This document shows positions 37,227-45,444 of a DNA stretch of 64,000 bases, one piece after another. Position numbers and translations under genes: made by a program. Location of the stretch: positions 186,001 to 250,000 of the IMG/VR virus record IMGVR_UViG_3300027759_006101, one strand, 5' to 3'. The notes below the pieces were generated by a model, which saw only the letters and a list, made by a program, of their open reading frames with translations, searched no databases and was not told the origin of the DNA. Positions within the stretch are counted from its first letter, which is position 1. Each line of letters begins with the position of its first letter.

Positions 37227-38087
37227 TTATCCTATATTGATATTAATATTTGCAGCTTTACTCTCAAAAGAACCATTAGAAGCTTTATATGTAAATGAGT
37301 CAGTGCCAATTACATCTTGATTAGGAGTGTATGTAAATACATCTCCAGACTGACTTACAGAACCATTAGCTGGATTACTTGAAACAGAATATGTCAATGC
37401 TAAATCATTAGGGTCTGTTGCGCTAAATGGTAAAACTACTGCAACGTTCATTCCAGTTGTTAATGAAAAAGACGATGCGCTTGGAATTTGAGTAGGAACT
37501 GCAATTGTAACAATCGCTGTATTACCCACAATTCCATTGTCGTTTGTAGCAGTGTAAGAAAATGAATCTTGACCGGCGAAACCAGCATCAGGAGTGTATG
37601 TAAAAACTGGGCTTGATAATGTTCCAGCTCCAAAATCAACATTTGCCATTTCGATAGTGACTGAACCATTTGCTGGTTGGTCTACAATTGAAAACGTAAA
37701 AGGAACATTGTATGGGTCATATGCACCGATTGTAATTGCTACAGGAGTTTCCATTTCAGTTGTTACAGAAGCATCTTGACATTTTGGGTTTTGCACTGGA
37801 TCATCATAAATCATCACAGCGTTTGCCCATTCTGACCTTTGCATCAATGCACTGTAAATACAAACTCTAAAATCATATGAAACAGATGCATCAATATCAT
37901 AAAGAGACATTCTAGTAGTTCTTCTCTCCATAATTGATTTACCATCAAGTTTGGCTTGTCTGTCTAAATACAAATCCATAGAGGCGTTGACAAATGGATT
38001 TTCGTTACAGATAACTTCAACGTAGCCTAAATACCAATAATTTCCTGACACACCTGTTGATAGAGATGTGTTGAGTTCAAATGCCAT
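37227..38087 (-). CDS. Ig-like (Big_9/cadherin-like) tandem-domain protein, likely virion decoration
   Basis: Two repeats of P.NGSV...FTYTP...G.DSF.Y.A. Confidence 0.8.
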   Translation of the reverse strand: MAFELNTSLSTGVSGNYWYLGYVEVICNENPFVNASMDLYLDRQAKLDGKSIMERRTTRMSLYDIDASVSYDFRVCIYSALMQRSEWANAVMIYDDPVQNPKCQDASVTTEMETPVAITIGAYDPYNVPFTFSIVDQPANGSVTIEMANVDFGAGTLSSPVFTYTPDAGFAGQDSFSYTATNDNGIVGNTAIVTIAVPTQIPSASSFSLTTGMNVAVVLPFSATDPNDLALTYSVSSNPANGSVSQSGDVFTYTPNQDVIGTDSFTYKASNGSFESKAANININIG

Positions 38088-38369
38088 TTACTTTTCCTTT
38101 CTCCAAGTTCCACCTTTTGATTTATACTGTTTAGCAGCCCAGCCATTTGCATAAGCTGAAGGATATACATCAAATTTAGCTTTTGCTTGTGCTTTACAAC
38201 TTGACCATAAAGATGGATTGTTAGGAACGTTTTTTCCTGAACTTTTTTTCTTTTTCTTAGCAGAAACTTTCACAAAAACATCGTGAATTTCCGCTGCTAA
38301 ATCCTCTTTGCCATTATTTTCAAAAAAAGAAGCAATCTTGTGCAAACTATCGAGAATATTATTGTTCAT
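38088..38369 (-). CDS. small basic protein: shared helical leader plus cyanophage-type module (KFDVYPSAYANGW...YK.KGG.W)
   Basis: Leader LDSLHKIASFFENNGKEDLAAEIHDVFVKVSA. Confidence 0.75.
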   Translation of the reverse strand: MNNNILDSLHKIASFFENNGKEDLAAEIHDVFVKVSAKKKKKSSGKNVPNNPSLWSSCKAQAKAKFDVYPSAYANGWAAKQYKSKGGTWRKEK

Positions 38370-38436
38370 TTTTTTATCCCAAGAAAAAATTAATCTTACT
38401 TAGAATATTATAAATAATAGTTGTGAGTACCTGGAA

Positions 38437-38691
38437 ATGAATAACGAGAAAAATACAAACTGGCCTATTTTGATTGGCAATATTTTAATTTGGATGAACT
38501 TTGCAACTTGTGCTTGGGAGTTAAAAAAAACATTATTTGAAAAGGGAAATAATTCTTCTTATCAAATTCAATCAAGCAAAATTAAGATTGGTGGTTTAGA
38601 AAATAAAAATTCTAAAATAACTGTAGTAGAAGATAAAGAAAAAGTATATTTTTCTTACGATCCTTGTGAAAACCTAAAGAAGGAAAAATAA
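38437..38691 (+). CDS. small membrane-anchored protein
   Basis: N-terminal hydrophobic segment. Confidence 0.5.
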   Translation: MNNEKNTNWPILIGNILIWMNFATCAWELKKTLFEKGNNSSYQIQSSKIKIGGLENKNSKITVVEDKEKVYFSYDPCENLKKEK

Positions 38692-38693
38692 TT

Positions 38694-38861
38694 ATGGATA
38701 TTTTATTTTTTTCAATAAATATAATTGGCTGCTTAGTATATTTTTTATTTTCATTCAAGTCTCATCAAAATAAACGTCAGGTTGAACAATTTTCAAATGA
38801 TGAGACTGAACTGCAAAAAATAGATAATAGATTATCTCAATTAGAAAAACAACTTAAGTAA
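38694..38861 (+). CDS. small TM + coiled-coil protein (not in ORF track)
   Basis: Hand translation MDILFFSINIIGCLVYFLFSFKSHQNKRQVEQFSNDETELQKIDNRLSQLEKQLK. Confidence 0.5.
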   Translation: MDILFFSINIIGCLVYFLFSFKSHQNKRQVEQFSNDETELQKIDNRLSQLEKQLK

Positions 38862-38862
38862 A

Positions 38863-39165
38863 TTAAAAATCTTGATCAATAAAATCTAGTAATTGATCTT
38901 TTGTCAACTTGCCAGGTTTTCTTGCGATCATTTCTCCATTGTTGAAGAGAATTGTTACTGGAATACTCTTGACATCAAAATCTTCAGCAATTTCAGGAGC
39001 AACTTGACAATCTACAGAAAAACATTTTACTTTGTCATTCTCTTCTGAAAACTCTTTATAGATTGGAGCATAAGCTTTGCAAGGTCCGCACCAAGATGCT
39101 TCGAACTTTACTAAGCATTTTCCATCACTGATACTGTCGTAAAAATTTGTTGAATCTAACTTCAT
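38863..39165 (-). CDS. trxA: thioredoxin
   Basis: ASWCGPCK active site; VKSIPVT. Confidence 0.92.
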   Translation of the reverse strand: MKLDSTNFYDSISDGKCLVKFEASWCGPCKAYAPIYKEFSEENDKVKCFSVDCQVAPEIAEDFDVKSIPVTILFNNGEMIARKPGKLTKDQLLDFIDQDF

Positions 39166-39210
39166 TTTTCTTTCCTAATATTTTTTCAATATGGTATAAT
39201 TTCATTTGAA

Positions 39211-39723
39211 ATGAACAGAATTTTACTGCTTAATTTAAACTACGAGCCATTATACGTTTGTTCCTTATCTAGAGCGATGAAATTGTTGATAATGGGCAAA
39301 GCTGAGACACTTCATTTCAAAGATGACACGTATTTTTTTACAGGAGCTGGACAACAATATCAAGTTCCTTCTGTTATTAGACTAAAATATAACATCAAGA
39401 AAAAAGGCAACCCAGTTTACAAAGTTAGTAGAATGGGAATTTTCAGTAGAGATAATTTCACTTGCCAATACTGCGGAATAAGAAAACAGAACTTAACTCT
39501 TGATCACGTACATCCTAGACACTTAGGAGGACAACACGTATGGGAGAATCTAGTTACTTGTTGTTCGGATTGTAATCATAAAAAAGGCGGAAAGAAGTTA
39601 GATCTTACTGGAATGAAATTGCTCTCCAAACCCAAAGTGCCCAGATATACCTTTAATTACTTGCTTAACAGGCCAATTGATAGAGAAGATGAGTATTGGT
39701 CTTATTACTTGACTGCATACTAA
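39211..39723 (+). CDS. HNH endonuclease (McrA-like)
   Basis: LLLNLNYEPL, VPSVIRL, RDNFTCQYCG, LTLDHVHP...GG...WENLVTCC..CN.KKG. Confidence 0.9.
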   Translation: MNRILLLNLNYEPLYVCSLSRAMKLLIMGKAETLHFKDDTYFFTGAGQQYQVPSVIRLKYNIKKKGNPVYKVSRMGIFSRDNFTCQYCGIRKQNLTLDHVHPRHLGGQHVWENLVTCCSDCNHKKGGKKLDLTGMKLLSKPKVPRYTFNYLLNRPIDREDEYWSYYLTAY

Positions 39724-39749
39724 AAACGGAGGGTTTATCCCTCCGTTTT
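39722..39749. terminator. bidirectional terminator
   Basis: AAAACGGAGGG-TTTAT-CCCTCCGTTTT. Confidence 0.9.
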
Positions 39750-40895
39750 GTATTTTCCACCACTTCTTTTTCTTTTGCAATATTGTTTCTGAGAAAAGCC
39801 TTTTGGATTACTGCAATTAATGCTTCCTTTGTACTTTGTTGACCATCTCTTTTTCATTTTGCCAGTACGAGGAGCATTGTAATCTTTTTTTGCTTCTTTG
39901 AATTGATCAGATGTTTCTACTGGCTCTTTCATAAACTCTTCAAGAAATTTTTGAAAATTATCATAAATAATTTTGTATACATTTCTTCTCATTTGTTCAT
40001 TTTCAGTATGTTGCAAAATTTGTGATATTAAGTATTCACCTTGCCAACTTATATCCTTGAGTACATTAGATGCATTTAAACTCATCGGATCTTGAATAAC
40101 AAATTTTAAAGCTTTTATTATGGATTGCTTATCTAAGAAAGAATATTTTTCAGCAAACTTACTAAATACGGCTGGACTGAAAAAGTCATTTATGTCAGAA
40201 AGAAGTGTGCTGTATTCTTGAGGATGATTGACATTGTAATAAGATATAACGCTCTTTTCATCTTCACCAGTGGCCAATCTTTGGAACACTTCGTAAACTT
40301 GGTCTGGTCGCTTAATTAATGTATCAACAAATTTTGCTACTTGTTGTGCCTTTCTATCTGGAGGCAATCTCATAAATAAATCTTTTTCTTTAGTTGATAA
40401 AAAATCATATACCATCATAAGCATTAATTTATCTGGGCTATCTTTTAGTTTTTTAGTGTCAGGATCTACCAATTGTTCTTTGTATTTACTAAAATAATCA
40501 GCAGCCATATCAAGTATTAGATTGCTTATATAAGGTTTTCTAAAAGTGCGGCCTTTGTCTACTGAGTGTCTTAATTCGTGTTTGATTGATTGAGCCATAT
40601 CATCAATAGTGTCACCACGTTGCAAATCTCTTAATCCAACTTCTTTTGTTTTTGGATCAAATGTTGCTAAAGCTTTATCAGTTCTAATTGGTACAAATGA
40701 AGAAATGTAGTTTTGTAATTTTGATTTTGCTAAATTTTCATTTAATGTATGAAAATATATAATTCCAAAATTAGGACTTACACCAGATTGTAACAACGCT
40801 TCAAGTTCAGCGTCAAAGTCATAATCTTTGCCTTCATTTTCAGATATATACTTTTGTAAATCTATAGTGCCATAAGCAGCAAATTTATACCACAT
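39735..40895 (-). CDS. MWY-tagged protein with HExxH metalloprotease-like motif and C-terminal cyanophage-type basic module
   Basis: MWYKFA; IKHELRHSVD; YY...PQEY; WSTKYKGSINCSNPKGFSQKQYC. Confidence 0.65.
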   Translation of the reverse strand: MWYKFAAYGTIDLQKYISENEGKDYDFDAELEALLQSGVSPNFGIIYFHTLNENLAKSKLQNYISSFVPIRTDKALATFDPKTKEVGLRDLQRGDTIDDMAQSIKHELRHSVDKGRTFRKPYISNLILDMAADYFSKYKEQLVDPDTKKLKDSPDKLMLMMVYDFLSTKEKDLFMRLPPDRKAQQVAKFVDTLIKRPDQVYEVFQRLATGEDEKSVISYYNVNHPQEYSTLLSDINDFFSPAVFSKFAEKYSFLDKQSIIKALKFVIQDPMSLNASNVLKDISWQGEYLISQILQHTENEQMRRNVYKIIYDNFQKFLEEFMKEPVETSDQFKEAKKDYNAPRTGKMKKRWSTKYKGSINCSNPKGFSQKQYCKRKRSGGKYKTEG

Positions 40896-41664
40896 CTGTA
40901 TCTGTCTCCAATGAACTAGTACTATAAGTTTGAGGTATTTTCACAGAATCCTTATATTTCTGCGTTTTATTATATGGAAGTCTCTTTAATCTGTGCTTGA
41001 CCATAAAACTATCGGGAGGAATATCGCCACTACCCATCGCATCAAATCTTGCTGGTACAAGTTCATTTGGCATCTTTTTTGATAATTCTTCTCTTTCACT
41101 TCTCGGAGTTTTTTCGTCAATTTTATAGCCGAAAGATTCAGAAGGATCATAAGATTCAACAGGTAAACCAAAGACTGAATTTCTTACTTCGAAAGCATCT
41201 TTGGAATGAACATCTCCAGAAATATACTGTATTTGAGGTTTATGATTTTGAAGAAACTTTTTCATTTCTTGATATAATTTTCTTCCCAAACCCCATTTTG
41301 CTCTTGTAATAGAAGATTCATCAACATCATATCCAGCATTTCTAAGTTCATCAGTCAAATCCATTTTATTTCTATCTGCTGGATTGATTGGTTTTTCCCA
41401 TTCTTCTCTTCCTGGTCTTAATGGATACTCATTCAAAGATACTAACTGAACAAAAGCAGTGTCTGAATAATCTTTGGCTTTAAAATCTATATAACCTAAA
41501 ACTCTACCGTAAAGATTTGCTTTTATAGAGTAAAGGTATTCATTATAGACTTCGATATCAAATTGAATATTTTTTAAGTCAAACGGCTTAGGTTTAATAT
41601 CAGGAAAATCCATATTTATTTGACCAGAAGGATCAACTCTTGTAACTGCTTCCCTGTACCACAT
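40885..41664 (-). CDS. MWY-tagged protein, GNAT-fold-like
   Basis: MWYREA; LGYIDF...RAKWGLGRKLYQEM...ISGDVHSKDA. Confidence 0.55.
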   Translation of the reverse strand: MWYREAVTRVDPSGQINMDFPDIKPKPFDLKNIQFDIEVYNEYLYSIKANLYGRVLGYIDFKAKDYSDTAFVQLVSLNEYPLRPGREEWEKPINPADRNKMDLTDELRNAGYDVDESSITRAKWGLGRKLYQEMKKFLQNHKPQIQYISGDVHSKDAFEVRNSVFGLPVESYDPSESFGYKIDEKTPRSEREELSKKMPNELVPARFDAMGSGDIPPDSFMVKHRLKRLPYNKTQKYKDSVKIPQTYSTSSLETDTDVV

Positions 41665-41888
41665 TAGCGCTTATCCTCGTATCTTGGAAATAAATGACCA
41701 ACTGCTGCTTCATATAATACTCTGGAAACATCATCGTCATTAAGCGCCATTTTTCTCACTCTATCTGCCATATAAAAAATATCTACACTATTAGCATAAG
41801 GGAATATATCTTGTAAATGATCTTTCAATGGTTTAGATTCTCCATTGAAAAAATAATACTTAACTTTTCCAGATTCTCTGTACCACAT
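41664..41888 (-). CDS. MWY-tagged small protein
   Basis: MWYRES; coupled. Confidence 0.7.
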   Translation of the reverse strand: MWYRESGKVKYYFFNGESKPLKDHLQDIFPYANSVDIFYMADRVRKMALNDDDVSRVLYEAAVGHLFPRYEDKR

Positions 41889-42529
41889 TATTTATTTTTT
41901 GCCTCTAGATAAAGCTTGATAAATGTGATTTCAATTTTATTTCTTATATCTTCATCATTAGAATATGTTTCTGACAAAAGCATTTCTTCAAGTTTATCTC
42001 TGTCAATTTTTTGACCAGATATAGAACTTAATTCATAAGTAAGATTTGGTATTTTATAAACAATGAAATTTTTAAAATGATCATCTACTGGCTGAGACAT
42101 TTCATTTTCATAAGTTTCAAACCAGTCGCTGTCTATTTGATTAGCAACTTTTCTAAATAAAGGAATAAGTTCTCTTTCTTTAGCATCCAAGTTAATTCCA
42201 TTGTCTACCAATCTTCCTTGCACTTCATCAATTTCGATTGGATGCATATAAGTACTACCTCTTTCCAAAAGGTCAGACAAGAAATCAGCTGGTTTGGTTG
42301 ATTGATTTAAAATTCCCAAAACTGTTTGTTTCAATGGAGGTGAAACACTATCTAAAATTTCAGGATAGTCTCTTGCCATAGCTACTAATGTTGGAAAAAA
42401 CTCAACCTCACTTATCTCTCCGGATTCAATTCTCTGATGTAAATTTGCAAGAAGCGGATGCATTTTTACTTTTGGTTCTTCTATTTCAAAAGGAGGCTTA
42501 GAAGTGTCAATGGCTTTTCTGTACCACAT
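41888..42529 (-). CDS. MWY-tagged hypothetical protein
   Basis: MWYRKAID; coupled. Confidence 0.7.
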   Translation of the reverse strand: MWYRKAIDTSKPPFEIEEPKVKMHPLLANLHQRIESGEISEVEFFPTLVAMARDYPEILDSVSPPLKQTVLGILNQSTKPADFLSDLLERGSTYMHPIEIDEVQGRLVDNGINLDAKERELIPLFRKVANQIDSDWFETYENEMSQPVDDHFKNFIVYKIPNLTYELSSISGQKIDRDKLEEMLLSETYSNDEDIRNKIEITFIKLYLEAKNK

Positions 42530-43228
42530 TTAATAATCTCTCCATTGTCTCATAGTAGATGGTTTCTTTTTTCCGTGCATTTCAAATTGCTTGATATCAT
42601 TTTTAAAATCAGCAGCAGCATCAATGTCGTAAACTTCGTCAAATACACCTTTGCCAGTTCTTACTTTAAATCTTATATTTTGAGGTTGCAACAAATGGAC
42701 AATTTCAAATAATTTTTGCATTTGTGTAAATGTTGGAACGTGTACAGCATTTACAGTCATCACCGAACCCATATTGCTTATTCTGATACCTTTGTCAAAA
42801 TAATCGTGAAGAATTTCAGTTACAGCGTCCTCTTGTTCCATAAAAGGTTGTTCAGGTCCAGAATCAAAATTTATTCTTTCTGCATAATCCATTGGGCCAT
42901 AAGCTTTATCTGGCAAGTTTCTGATATTATACTTTTCTGATATTTCTGGATTGTCACGAAGACTTTTACGAGTTTGTTCTAATACTTTATCGATATAATT
43001 GCTATGACTTGAACCTTGATGAATACCTCCAGAACCAGTAAGAATTAAGTGATGATCTCCTTTGGAATGGTCTATTTGATCAACTGGCTGAGGAATATTT
43101 GCTCTGACTAAATCTTTAAAAACATCATCTGGAACACCCGGTTTTTCAACTGGTGTAGGAGCATTTGGTTGTTCTGGTTCCTTTAGCCCAAACAATTCTG
43201 CAAGATCAATAGCAGTTCTATACCACAT
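42530..43228 (-). CDS. MWY-tagged hypothetical protein (H..Y...GIRI...PT..Q pattern)
   Basis: MWYRTAID; coupled. Confidence 0.7.
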   Translation of the reverse strand: MWYRTAIDLAELFGLKEPEQPNAPTPVEKPGVPDDVFKDLVRANIPQPVDQIDHSKGDHHLILTGSGGIHQGSSHSNYIDKVLEQTRKSLRDNPEISEKYNIRNLPDKAYGPMDYAERINFDSGPEQPFMEQEDAVTEILHDYFDKGIRISNMGSVMTVNAVHVPTFTQMQKLFEIVHLLQPQNIRFKVRTGKGVFDEVYDIDAAADFKNDIKQFEMHGKKKPSTMRQWRDY

Positions 43229-43989
43229 TATCTGACCTTAGAAACAAGAATTTTAACAAGAACATTTTCCAGCGCTGTATTTACGTTTCTTTGATTAACA
43301 TTGGCCTCTTCTAATGCTGTAAGAACTTCTTGTTCCGTCACTTGAATATCTTTATTGTAAGGTGAGCGTGAAGCTGCTTCTTCAATCATATCTACCATTT
43401 CAGGCACTCTTGATTTTAAATAATCATCAAAGTAATCATAGAAATCTTGGAATGGAGTTATTGCTCTAATTGCATCATTTATGGTTAAGTTATTGATTGG
43501 ATTTGCTTGAGCAAGATCTAGCAACATATCTCCTGCTTGTCCTGGGTAATTTACATCAACACCATTTTCTCTAAAAAAATCTTCTGCATCATCTTCAAGA
43601 TCTGAAATCCACATAACAGAAGTATCATCTGCGAATTCAGTTGCTTGTTCTAAAAAAGCTCTATCTTGTCCGAAAGTTTGAACACCAGATTCTTGCAATC
43701 GAGTTTGGAAATTATCAATATCTGCAGCATTAGCGACAGGAGTTGCTTCTACCATCTCAATAAAAAGATTGTTGAATTCATCCTCTGATATTTCGCCTCT
43801 TTCAAGTTTTGCCCTTAGATCAGCAAATTTATCTTTTCTTTCGTTTGGGACACTCATACCTAAAGGATCTTGTGAAAAATCAAAATCATCTGTTTGAGCT
43901 TGAACAAATTTAAAAATAGAATCTGAAGTACTATATTTGCCTTGTTTATCTAATTTGTTTGCAAGCTTAAGTAAATTGAAAATATTCAT
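43228..43989 (-). CDS. acidic hypothetical protein with shared helical leader
   Basis: MNIFNLLKLANKLDKQGKYSTSDSIFKFVQAQ. Confidence 0.7.
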   Translation of the reverse strand: MNIFNLLKLANKLDKQGKYSTSDSIFKFVQAQTDDFDFSQDPLGMSVPNERKDKFADLRAKLERGEISEDEFNNLFIEMVEATPVANAADIDNFQTRLQESGVQTFGQDRAFLEQATEFADDTSVMWISDLEDDAEDFFRENGVDVNYPGQAGDMLLDLAQANPINNLTINDAIRAITPFQDFYDYFDDYLKSRVPEMVDMIEEAASRSPYNKDIQVTEQEVLTALEEANVNQRNVNTALENVLVKILVSKVR

Positions 43990-44558
43990 TATTTGCCTTT
44001 CAAGTTATCAGATACAGACCTGCCAGCTTCCCAATTTCTGCACGACCAGTAACGAGCTTTAGTTTTTGGCCCTGGATTATCGCAATTATGTCTAGCTCTA
44101 AAATTCTTTCTTCTATTTGGGTTGTTTCTTTTTATGCTGAGGCCTGGATCGCCGAAGTTAACTTTGATGATATTTCCCTTGTCATTCTTTACATAAACAG
44201 AAAATTTCTTTGGACCACCTGGAGTACGAAAAGGCTTATTAAGTTTCTTGCCTTTGTTCTTATCCGATGCTGTTTTATGTTCACTTTTTAAGTAATCAGA
44301 CACTCCATCAAGCATTTCTACAGCATTAGTAATCTTTGACTGAACCCAAGCCATAAGATTGCCTTCGCCTTCTTCACCTACGACATCTTCAATGTTTTCG
44401 ATTGCTCTTTCTGCTGTTTCCATTTGATTTCTGACCATATCGTATTCGTGATCATAATCATTGGAAGCAGTCTTTATCAAAGATGTAATTTTATCTGCTA
44501 ATCTATGTGCTTGATTGTTGTCAAGTTCGTTAGCTAAATCGGCTAATATTTCTAACAT
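43989..44558 (-). CDS. shared helical leader plus two cyanophage-type head modules
   Basis: Start at ATG 44558 (AGGA RBS); DHEYDM...AWVQSKIT and KLNKPFRTPGGPKKFSVYV...RARHNCD...ARYWSC. Confidence 0.75.
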   Translation of the reverse strand: MLEILADLANELDNNQAHRLADKITSLIKTASNDYDHEYDMVRNQMETAERAIENIEDVVGEEGEGNLMAWVQSKITNAVEMLDGVSDYLKSEHKTASDKNKGKKLNKPFRTPGGPKKFSVYVKNDKGNIIKVNFGDPGLSIKRNNPNRRKNFRARHNCDNPGPKTKARYWSCRNWEAGRSVSDNLKGK

Positions 44559-44559
44559 A

Positions 44560-44958
44560 TTATATTCCTGCCTTGAAAGTAAAATCATAAGTAAAAGGCG
44601 TAAGTCCAACAGAAACAATTGGATTGTTTAATAGTCCAAATGTCACAACGCCTGTAACTGCTGTCCCTGCAGTTGATCCAATAGAGTTTAAGATTATAAG
44701 TCTTGCTGTATCTGCAAATGTTGACATTGTAGTATAAGCTAAACCACTAAAATTAGTTTCTACATAATCAACTGCATCTGAATAACTTGTAGTAGAACCA
44801 ATGCCCTCATAAAATGTAGTTAAATCAAAAATATTAAGGTATTTTTTAGTAAGGGGTGCGACTGAATTGGTCAATGTATAAAAAACTTCAACAATACTTC
44901 CAGATTTTGTGATTGAATTGATTGTGTAGTTTACAGAAACAGTTATTCCGATTGCCAT
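44560..44958 (-). CDS. putative structural protein
   Basis: T/S/G-rich 132-aa ORF, GGAG RBS. Confidence 0.6.
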   Translation of the reverse strand: MAIGITVSVNYTINSITKSGSIVEVFYTLTNSVAPLTKKYLNIFDLTTFYEGIGSTTSYSDAVDYVETNFSGLAYTTMSTFADTARLIILNSIGSTAGTAVTGVVTFGLLNNPIVSVGLTPFTYDFTFKAGI

Positions 44959-45008
44959 AATAAACTCCTATACAAGTTATTTGTTCTTAAATCGAGAATA
45001 AAAATCCT

Positions 45009-45425
45009 ATGAAACGCTTTCTTAAATTTTGTTCAGATTTGGATGAATTAGGTTATATTGAGGAGTCTGATAAACTTTTTAACAAATATGCCTACACTCA
45101 TAATGAATTGTTGAAAAAGCAAATATTAATTCCATCTAATGTAAAATCAACTGCTACTAAAGCATATGGTTACAGAAATAAAGACATAAAATTTGGAACT
45201 ATAGAAGACATTGAAGTTGCAAGGCAGCTTACACAAAGAAGTTATCTTGAGCTTGATACTGTTTTGAAAATTCATAAAATTACAGCAAAAAAATGGCATT
45301 CTCGTAGTAAAAAAGATGACAATCCTACTTATTGGGAATATCTTTGTTATGGCGGGGATGATGGGAAAAGCTGGGCTGAAAATATAATAAAAATCTACTT
45401 ACAAAAGGAATGGAAAATTAATTAG
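45009..45425 (+). CDS. helical-leader protein with ARQL...YGGD.G..WA module
   Basis: MKRFLKFCSDLDELGYIEESDKLFNKYA. Confidence 0.7.
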   Translation: MKRFLKFCSDLDELGYIEESDKLFNKYAYTHNELLKKQILIPSNVKSTATKAYGYRNKDIKFGTIEDIEVARQLTQRSYLELDTVLKIHKITAKKWHSRSKKDDNPTYWEYLCYGGDDGKSWAENIIKIYLQKEWKIN

Positions 45426-45444
45426 TTTGTAGTATAATAATCTT

